Source: Candidatus Micrarchaeota archaeon
GTDB lineage: Archaea > Micrarchaeota > Micrarchaeia > Anstonellales > Bilamarchaeaceae
Assembly (NCBI GenBank): GCA_040754495.1
Contig: JBFMCO010000016.1
Coordinates: 1-18,439 of the forward strand
Direction: 5' to 3'
Length of the DNA stretch: 18,439 nucleotides
This document shows positions 8,401 through 13,522 of this stretch, in pieces. The first letter of the stretch is position 1; each line of letters opens with the position of its first letter. Both the position numbers and the translations under genes were made by a program. Under the pieces are notes generated by a model, which was not told the DNA's origin, ran no database searches, and saw nothing but the letters and a program-made list of their open reading frames with translations.

Positions 8401-10898
8401 TCCGCGCGGTCGGAGGATATCCGCTCACGGTAGGGGCGAGGGGAAGGGTGGAATGGAGGCCCAGCAGGTACCAGACCAACGCCCTCGGAATCACGGCGGC
8501 ATACAGCAACATAGACCTCCTGCGGGAGTTCAGGGCGGCCGATGCGCAGGCCGACCAGATGTACGGGAACATAAACACCATGCTCGTGAACCTCTACCAC
8601 TGGTCAGAGGACGAGGCCAGGGACACCGGTTACCTCATCTCGGGCAGCTATCTTTATGCACGCATGGAGGACTGGACCGTCAGGAACCCGGACGGCACCT
8701 ACACCACCACGCGGGCCGGCCCGGAGGGGACGCCTTCGGAGCACTTCGCGTCAGCCATGTTCATGTACTGGGCCCAGCGGCACGGCGTGCTGATGGGAGC
8801 GCAGAGGGTTCCGGGCTGGAGCAGGATTTACGAGAGGATAGACCGCGCCATGAGGGATATCCAGATGAACCCGGCCAACGAGGCCACCATCCTGCAGAAC
8901 CTTTCAACATCGCTCCGCGAGGACCTGAGGAGGGACATCTGGAGGTTCGCGCTCGCTTACGGATACGACGGCGAGCGCGTGAGGGTATACACGGTCGCGG
9001 GCGGCCAGTGGACCGGCGACGAGACCGCTTACGGCAACCTGTACGGGCTGTTCCTCTTCGGAAGGCCCACGCGGGGCTTTGTGGACATACTCGGACATGC
9101 ATACGGCTACTCGCCGCTCACAATCAGCGAGGACACGTCGGCGACAGGAGGGTTCCAGGTCCGGAGAGGCAGGTATTCGCCGTACGTGGACCTTTATACC
9201 GGATTCGGAGTGGTGGACTGGCCGAGCGTCAGCCTGAACAGGTACCAGAGGGAGGTCACGGTAACGCCGAGGCCGGACCTGCCCGGGGCGGTGCGCGACG
9301 TCTACCGCGAGTTCGGCGGCACGCGCAACCGCGCGAGGCTGGTGCGCCTGTATGGTGAGACGCTTGTCAGGATAATGGAGGAAAGCAGGGACAGCATGAA
9401 CTGGATGGTAAGGCCGGCAGCCGAAGTCCGGAGCGAACTCCAGACCCGCCTCGAGGCCGAGGACCCGGTCGTGATGTCCATGATGAACCTCCGCAGGGGC
9501 GTCGAAGGCGGCCGCCAGGCTGTGCGCGAATCCGATGCCCAGGCGGTAAGGGACATCTATCTCGAGCTCCGCAAGGCCAACCCGGACAGGGAGCGGCTCG
9601 AGCGCGAGTACTCGAGGGACCTCATAGACCTCGTGGAGCGCAACAGCGTGGACCTTGAATGGATAATGCTCCCGCCTGCGCGCATGAGCGCCGAATTCAC
9701 GCGCAGGGCCCAGCGCCAGGGCACTGTCGAGGCCAGGATTGCGAACGAGGTGCAGCTCACCGCGATTTCGACGCAGGACCAGCTCACGGGCCCGGAGCTG
9801 AAAAGGCTGTTCGAGCAGAACATGATTGACGTGATTGTCGGCGCGACCAACGCGGAATCGCGCGCAGGCCTCAGCGCAGACAGGTACGACGTGCTCCTCG
9901 GCAGCCACCTATCCAGCCCGGAGGGGCAGAGGGCGAGGAGCGGCACGTACTACGTGCTGCACAGCCCAGTTGCGGAGAGGGCAGAGGCACGCGGCTCGCT
10001 CGTCATCGGGGACGAAACCGACCTCGACGAGTGGATGAGGAACGGCCACGAAATCGGCCGGGGCATCAGCCGCGTCGAAATCGGCCGCGAGGGAAGCGAC
10101 TACAAGCTCACCTTCTCCGGAGACAGGAGGCTCCGTGCCTTCACCGCCGAGAGGGTGGTCGGCGGCATCTCGATACCGCTGCGCGGCTCGGATTACGACA
10201 ACTACGTGCCGGGCGGCAACTGGACCGTCGGCGGCCTGATGCACATCCTGCAGGACCACAGGATGGACCTCCTCGGCGGAGCCTTGTACGGAACGCGCCA
10301 GTTCGGGAACGAGCGCTGGGACCAATGGACCGTGACGCTCTCCGGGCGCCTCCAGGGCACGAACACCGCCACCGTCAGCGAGAACTGGTACGGCTACGTG
10401 TTCTTCAATTCAACCAACAAGCAGATCGTGTTCGCGAGCAACGACGTTTTCAACAACTCGGATGAGATGCGCACGGTCTGCCAGACGATTGGCGGCGCCC
10501 AGTGCACCAACCTCAGCGAGCTTTCGCGCATGACCGGAGGCGCCGGAATCACCTGGGCGAGGGCGGACGTCATCACCGGCGACAGGCTGAACCTGCACCT
10601 GTTCTTCGAGGGCGGCGCAGAGACGTACAGGAGGTTCTCGCAGCCGGCCGAGGGCCAGACGCCTGACCGGGACCGCCAGTTCGTCTTCAGGGCCGGGGCG
10701 GGGCTGGAATACATCCGGCAGAGCCAGCAGAGCGTTGTGCCGACCATCTACTCGCTCCAGCTCGGGGCGCAGAGCGGCACGTGGCCCCTGCTCCCGGGCG
10801 AAGTAACGAGGCCCGAGATGCTCAACCCGTGGGCGACCTCCATAGAGTCAGGCGTGCCTGGCTGGTCGCTCATGCTCTATGGCAGGGTACAGTGGTAG
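2412..10898 (+). CDS. Giant hypothetical protein (2828 aa from ATG 2412; 2768 aa from ATG 2592): helical repeat region, Pro-rich linker, C-terminal amphipathic beta-strand (beta-barrel-like) region
   Basis: 8.5-kb uninterrupted ORF with strong G/C third-position bias, internal protein repeats and a terminal aromatic residue (RVQW-stop). The start is ambiguous between 2412 and 2592. Confidence 0.92.
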   Translation: MAGPRLSREDGNAEGGRPLAEERRRKFRKFFLSDFTAASLAGVLTFFSGSNLNNLGPNVAMSQPGQPRQRGRATVEAEEVRNLEQYAVDAAAAYRQYITGADPAQRERFWSIYNRSFGGATLHDNTVFMSKLFTELDRVGQDPGVRPLLEAFTSDRGRLFGFLWSNPVHFTDFIDTIFNIRSALERGAATDAAVARLAQQYRDLGSRPVRADTQLARVRTSVQGGMGIEDAARAELERTGREDATARYGENLTREVGALMPREQARRCASALRDFMLTGNDAKRQEFRRIFDANTSSAFMDAFTVEFRTRIYQDTASGLAAVAQAYNTRHSGTEPSEFATMVANLYRAAQTGTPEEIERMRTAEGTNVVDPLLAIVARGMAGRAITLLRDVLETGSGSSRDAFVQILNGHLAVVVNNAVQMPTVENNDVFWNEFTRRYSQEIAQNSTLATLVRGFGRNILPIAIRDIYTELSRATPDTARLNSDYGPDLVRLVQSNMASLTWMIRSETELNNEIRRRADAQDGTAVALRGVRMTVPRGRALSDSFVTLVGLRTRRAAIESPDVLQILEQNYDQLSWLSGSAADVQRELDRRARARPPDAVAVQLRARFPQNAGQSLSRAYGELRAVREGRAQLVQRYGEEFVSVVERNLDNLYWVVRPVTQIESEMQSRRDEAFPIAVYSTVGFSLGALANGMRDILGELARSSPDRARLERRYGTELVQFVEQNRSALGWVTSQDLGTVMDRLQQPSSDAVTRQLQTRWLYSYTPVQLVSAIQRARSATSRGGIALADARDAYGETAFMSAVATRQAVATPSRGPEAVEARRAEIESRRRQFERDLESLEGQMRYSILEPARVALREHIRTWRAENEAIRLAARSSQDPAELDALVQRQIALNSVMLSPADLRKSVEMSFAMIHLAETGADMGRGPLIEGVTFSDMDIGTLRRLLEWYNGLGRTGKQQVVGDIVAAVMGRADPQLHRFISRMDEPNFFSSLVRAYGAARTRDAGARQTMISIYGEDFMRAVDEQAPHLRVLESPTVTYRDLERGENALFAAIVARVTRAITNPSGTETRETMIRLFGDRFVQVVEANRQALAPMASATADLATFQGLPEAVRQAITQAYPEAYNKSVRSIMRLYRRQDQFMFMAMVSVYSVMRARPDRGAPAERVREFDARTQELYQAYGEQFVRLISENMSQLGLLESPTVTSRELSRVSADLLERLNQAYETGPGAGRANFMLNFTRLAERLPRVYTQLRSSLLFSNATDQMSVNFANVVQLYRQEFGSDNYLFNQYLNIDLLSRSLTRLARRYNVELPPWAADGLDSPEELSRFLGTEAGRRLISEGRRFYEGIETQYLTNRAELPADSALRTTGDFSDSNVASLRNELSILDALYLGVAMERIGGTDSAFSRSAATAVMNSLLVISHRDPYLVGPYLLQVLPAILSVAQDERTLVAGIEAFNQIFTQRYESGTRDIAYTTALNRRYFLEVFARIGERLPEVVSTYDHSRLEDELRLTPEPRTDEGYLSPLLYRYRPGFWQGEGLEPLPTMYGQYGAPIRLLPRPFMPTNPFLPVPGGFRLDSGAADLYSSMYDQLRPPADRMFRQRVPPRFRIGALGASTIIRRINQLFGPMPVDYNDYWLSGTGEAGAFYAHEERGATTRDRGGAAATGAGRTISGGVAGQARYTRDVTETTSGAAGGEQRATTQTSDIVDVRGTAVRLPAPMSGPVPLPLFGVIPWDMFGMGEGVGIHRARQEFHHESAGTEERVTPPGGPTTVTETPRSGRTRGLLDTYQRIARESQTDMLLFVQGEHVPELRGAAPAGGGEAPVAQRGQDRLKSRLYFVTREGDIYQLAYGLDTLSQLSNYLYAGANTQQWLASVRSVGRQMLTGDAAAGGFDGMAVGFTLPRSGGDTFSALAFGQLVRNMRTMDPVHAEQALGMAVTNLLNDRRQRDIYAAFFRGAETVTVDQADRTRIRDPRFAEGTGEVMWRRVRIDPMAYQAEVRAVGGYPLTVGARGRVEWRPSRYQTNALGITAAYSNIDLLREFRAADAQADQMYGNINTMLVNLYHWSEDEARDTGYLISGSYLYARMEDWTVRNPDGTYTTTRAGPEGTPSEHFASAMFMYWAQRHGVLMGAQRVPGWSRIYERIDRAMRDIQMNPANEATILQNLSTSLREDLRRDIWRFALAYGYDGERVRVYTVAGGQWTGDETAYGNLYGLFLFGRPTRGFVDILGHAYGYSPLTISEDTSATGGFQVRRGRYSPYVDLYTGFGVVDWPSVSLNRYQREVTVTPRPDLPGAVRDVYREFGGTRNRARLVRLYGETLVRIMEESRDSMNWMVRPAAEVRSELQTRLEAEDPVVMSMMNLRRGVEGGRQAVRESDAQAVRDIYLELRKANPDRERLEREYSRDLIDLVERNSVDLEWIMLPPARMSAEFTRRAQRQGTVEARIANEVQLTAISTQDQLTGPELKRLFEQNMIDVIVGATNAESRAGLSADRYDVLLGSHLSSPEGQRARSGTYYVLHSPVAERAEARGSLVIGDETDLDEWMRNGHEIGRGISRVEIGREGSDYKLTFSGDRRLRAFTAERVVGGISIPLRGSDYDNYVPGGNWTVGGLMHILQDHRMDLLGGALYGTRQFGNERWDQWTVTLSGRLQGTNTATVSENWYGYVFFNSTNKQIVFASNDVFNNSDEMRTVCQTIGGAQCTNLSELSRMTGGAGITWARADVITGDRLNLHLFFEGGAETYRRFSQPAEGQTPDRDRQFVFRAGAGLEYIRQSQQSVVPTIYSLQLGAQSGTWPLLPGEVTRPEMLNPWATSIESGVPGWSLMLYGRVQW
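2554..2570 (+). promoter_or_regulatory. Putative BRE+TATA promoter for the giant gene (leaderless start at ATG 2592)
   Basis: gcggaagcaaTTTAAAC. The TATA starts 28 nt upstream of ATG 2592, and the element closely resembles gcggaacgaTTTAAAA, which has the same spacing before ATG 12180. Confidence 0.55.
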
Positions 10899-10912
10899 CG
10901 CCTAAAAGGCGC
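10898..10912 (+). terminator. Small hairpin directly after the giant gene stop codon (possible terminator component)
   Basis: gcgcct-aaa-aggcgc, 6-bp stem. No U-tract follows immediately. Confidence 0.25.
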
Positions 10913-10945
10913 CCAAAACGGGGAGTAAACGTGTGCGGCTAGCTG

Positions 10946-11030
10946 GCGGGTTTCCGGTTTCCAGTCTTCAGTTTCCGGTTTTGGCACTAGACAAAATAGG
11001 CAAAACGCAAAACCCGGAACTCAAAACCGC
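10946..11030. repeat. Composite imperfect palindrome: two inverted heptamer arrays between convergent genes
   Basis: gtttccg-gtttcca-gtcttca-gtttccg-gttttgg (10950-10984) faces gcaaaac-gcaaaac-ccggaac-tcaaaac (11000-11027). The element is bounded by GCGG...CCGC. Confidence 0.7.
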
Positions 11031-11440
11031 TATTTGTTTCCCTTTACTACCTTGGCCTCGGTGGCGATTAGCGGCGGCATGAAAGGCGGCAGCAGGTTGA
11101 ACGGCCGGACCAGGAATATGCTGTTCATGCCGGCGTTCGCGTTTATCATGTTGATGGCGGTCGCGCCGAATTCCATCGACATGGACTTCTTTTTCTTGAA
11201 ATCGGCCAGCATCCTCTTGATGTTGTCCGGCGTGTCCCTGCAGTACGCCTCGCCCATGATTTTGACGCTGCCCACGTCGGGCTTGTAATCCACGGTGTAG
11301 CTCCATTCCATCAGCACTGCTTCAGGGGTCTTCTGCGTGATTTTCTCGATGTTGACGTTGACCTCGACGCCTGAAGGAACGCCATCCTTCTGCTTCTTCA
11401 CTTCCCCGCCCCTGAAAGTAAGCCCCATAACTTCGAGCAT
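11030..11440 (-). CDS. Conserved archaeal hypothetical protein, SecB-like family by pattern
   Basis: 136 aa, Lys-rich. Four beta-strand-like segments (incl. YTVDYKPDVGSVKIMGEAY) are followed by helices and a C-terminal FNLLPPFMPP. This resembles small SecB-like proteins I recall from DPANN/Euryarchaeota; not verified by search. Confidence 0.75.
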   Translation of the reverse strand: MLEVMGLTFRGGEVKKQKDGVPSGVEVNVNIEKITQKTPEAVLMEWSYTVDYKPDVGSVKIMGEAYCRDTPDNIKRMLADFKKKKSMSMEFGATAINMINANAGMNSIFLVRPFNLLPPFMPPLIATEAKVVKGNK

Positions 11441-11471
11441 AGGTATCCCGGAGACTACACCCTTGCTTGGA

Positions 11472-11478
11472 ATAAAAA
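11472..11478 (-). promoter_or_regulatory. Putative TATA box for the SecB-like gene
   Basis: TTTTTAT on the minus strand, starting 38 nt upstream of ATG 11440. Confidence 0.35.
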
Positions 11479-11479
11479 C

Positions 11480-12022
11480 CTATCGGCTGACTACTTTCTT
11501 CCCCTTCTCGCTCGGGAGAATCCGCACCCTGCCCCCGAAATCGCGCTCTGCGAGTTCGCCCCCGTCCATGAGCCGGTCCAGCGCGATTGCAAGAGCGGCC
11601 ACCTCGCTGTGCGGCTGCGTCGTCACGGAAACGTTGAAATCAGCCAGGCGGTAAATCTCCCCGGGAACCTGCTCGGAACCCACGACAATCAGAACCCGCC
11701 CCTGCGCCTTTATTGCAGGCAGGGCATCCTGCACCGGGATGCCGTACATTGTCAGGTGGACGATTGCATAGCCGTCCCTTTTCCTCGCTTTGATGTACGA
11801 TACTGCGCTCTTCTCGTACGAGACCGAAAACTGGGAACCGGAAACGGTCTTTCCGCCCCAGTTCTCGCAGATGCGCCTCACGCTCTCCTCCAGGCCGGAG
11901 TCGTGCTGGCCTGTATAGACAACTGACTCCGCGCCGAAAGCCCTGGCTACGAGAGCCACGTGCGTGGAGATGCGCTCGTCCCGGGGTAATCTGTGTCCAA
12001 GTCTTAGAACAATAATATCCAT
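11480..12022 (-). CDS. trm56: tRNA (cytidine(56)-2'-O)-methyltransferase aTrm56 (SPOUT family)
   Basis: Family motifs VLRLGHRLPRDERISTHVALVARAFGA, VHLTMYG, VGSEQVP and ADFNVSVTTQPHSEVAALA. Start reassigned to ATG 12022 (MDIIVLRL), giving 180 aa. Confidence 0.95.
   Translation of the reverse strand: MDIIVLRLGHRLPRDERISTHVALVARAFGAESVVYTGQHDSGLEESVRRICENWGGKTVSGSQFSVSYEKSAVSYIKARKRDGYAIVHLTMYGIPVQDALPAIKAQGRVLIVVGSEQVPGEIYRLADFNVSVTTQPHSEVAALAIALDRLMDGGELAERDFGGRVRILPSEKGKKVVSR
11825..11845 (-). repeat. Three heptamer units (21 nt) embedded in frame in trm56
   Basis: + strand cgaaaac-tgggaac-cggaaac. These equal codons 60-66 (VSGSQFS), and the same units occur at 18148-18182. Confidence 0.7.
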
Positions 12023-12040
12023 ACAAATCACGCGGAAGGC

Positions 12041-12097
12041 GGCCCTATTGTCCGGCGTTCCGGACAATGGGGCCCCGCGTTCGGGACACTGAACGCG
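12041..12097. other. Two adjacent hairpins in the trm56 / phosphohexomutase divergent intergenic region
   Basis: 15-bp stem at 12041-12074 (loop CGTT) and 9-bp stem at 12076-12097 (loop GACA). Each has one G-T pair on the + strand. Confidence 0.6.
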
Positions 12098-12142
12098 AGG
12101 TGGGCGAGGCGCAGGACAACGATTTGCATGCACAGCTTAGCC

Positions 12143-12158
12143 GCGGAACGATTTAAAA
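12143..12158 (+). promoter_or_regulatory. Putative BRE+TATA promoter of the phosphohexomutase gene
   Basis: gcggaacgaTTTAAAA, TATA 28 nt upstream of ATG 12180. It also reads TTTTAAAT on the minus strand, so it may be bidirectional. Confidence 0.6.
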
Positions 12159-12179
12159 GCGTGGAGCAGATTTTCATGC

Positions 12180-13520
12180 ATGGCCAGATACTTCGGCACT
12201 AACGGCGTCCGTGGCAAATTCGACGAGCTGACGCCGGAACTCACGCTCAGGCTTTCACAGGCCATCGGCCAGCACCTTGGCCCGGGGAAGGTCGTCCTCG
12301 CACGGGACTGCAGGCTGACGGGGGAGGTGCTGCGTTCGGCGGCCGCAGCCGGCCTTGCCGCAGCAGGCTGCGGGGTAGTGGACATAGGCGTCGCAAGCTC
12401 CCCCACGGCGGAGTTCATGGTCAAAAAACTCAAGGCCGCAGGCTGCGTAATCGTCAGCGCCTCGCACAACCCCCCGGAATGGAACGCGCTCAAGGTCGTG
12501 GATGGGAGAGGCGTTTCAATCTCGCGGGAGAGGGGGGAGGAGATTGAGAAACTCCTCGACAAGCCTAAGCTCGTGCAATGGGACAAGGTCGGCAGGATTA
12601 TCCCTTACGAAACAGCAACGGACGAGCACATCGAGGCAATCGCAAGGCATGTCAATGCCGGGCGCATCAGGCAAAAAAAGCCGAAGCTCGTGCTCGACTG
12701 CGGCAACGGGACCGCATGCCTCATCGCCCCGAAGCTCATGAAATGCCTCGGGTGTGAAATCCTGACGCTGAATTCGCATCCTGATGGCAGGTTCCCGGGA
12801 AGGCCGTCCGAGCCGAGCGAGGCGAACGTGAAGGAGCTTATTGCGCTCGTGAAGTCGGGCGGGGCGGACGCCGGAATCGCCTGGGACGGCGACGGGGACC
12901 GCGTGATTTTTGTCGACGAGAAAGGGAGGTATGTCATCGGGGACATGGTGGTCGCGCTTTCGCTCCTGTGGGGCTCCCACGGGAAGAAACCGGGCGGGGA
13001 CGTAGTGACTACGGTCGCGACCAGCAAGGCCGTGGAGGATGTCGCCAAGAAGCTCGGCGCGAAGGTGAGGTATACCGCAATCGGGGCGCCATATCTGAGC
13101 GAGGAGATGCTCAAAGGAAAGGCGTTCATGGGCGGGGAGGAGGTCGGAGGCGTCATCTGGCCGGAAATCTCGCTCGCAAAGGATGGCTTCCTGACCGCGG
13201 CCAAGCTGGCGGAGGCGCTCTGCGAGAAACCGCTTTCTAAGTGGCTGGAAGGGGTGCCTGCATATTTCAACGTGAAGGCGAAGGTGGATGCCGGACCGAA
13301 GGAGAAGGAGGAGATGGTCGCGCGTGCCCTTGACCACGCGAAGAAGAAAAAGCTGCCGCACGTGACGGTGGATGGAGTGCGCATCAGCATGGACGACTCT
13401 TGGGTGATTGTGCGCGCTTCAGGGACCGAGGATTATGTGCGTATTTTCGCAGAGGCAAGAACCGAGGCAGAGGCGAAGAAGCTCGCGAAAGAGTACGAAG
13501 GGATAGCTAAGGGGAGCTGA
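12180..13520 (+). CDS. Phosphohexomutase superfamily protein (phosphomannomutase/phosphoglucomutase or phosphoglucosamine mutase)
   Basis: FGTNGVRG N-terminus, catalytic SASHNP, metal-binding DGDGDR, GGEEVGG loop and C-terminal RASGTE. Substrate specificity cannot be determined here. Confidence 0.93.
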   Translation: MARYFGTNGVRGKFDELTPELTLRLSQAIGQHLGPGKVVLARDCRLTGEVLRSAAAAGLAAAGCGVVDIGVASSPTAEFMVKKLKAAGCVIVSASHNPPEWNALKVVDGRGVSISRERGEEIEKLLDKPKLVQWDKVGRIIPYETATDEHIEAIARHVNAGRIRQKKPKLVLDCGNGTACLIAPKLMKCLGCEILTLNSHPDGRFPGRPSEPSEANVKELIALVKSGGADAGIAWDGDGDRVIFVDEKGRYVIGDMVVALSLLWGSHGKKPGGDVVTTVATSKAVEDVAKKLGAKVRYTAIGAPYLSEEMLKGKAFMGGEEVGGVIWPEISLAKDGFLTAAKLAEALCEKPLSKWLEGVPAYFNVKAKVDAGPKEKEEMVARALDHAKKKKLPHVTVDGVRISMDDSWVIVRASGTEDYVRIFAEARTEAEAKKLAKEYEGIAKGS

Positions 13521-13522
13521 AC

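Noticed and set aside
2595-10747. Long antisense and alternate-frame ORFs over the giant gene (e.g. 2595-3401, 7569-8600, 8904-9908, 8357-9358)
   Set aside because: Shadow ORFs expected from strong G/C third-position bias. They have no motifs and lie entirely within a well-supported gene.
12023-12133. 37-aa N-terminal extension of trm56 from the ORF track
   Set aside because: It translates the hairpin region and does not resemble the family N-terminus, which begins at MDIIVLRLGHR.
12031-12146. 5S rRNA, SRP RNA or RNase P RNA resemblance (tcccgaacgcgg on the minus strand; ggaagg; gcttag)
   Set aside because: Only short word matches. The surrounding conserved helices and motifs of these RNAs are absent.
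12180-13520. PMM motif variants (FGTNG, GGEEVGG)
   Set aside because: Within the variation I would expect for phosphohexomutases; the catalytic Ser and metal-binding loop are intact.
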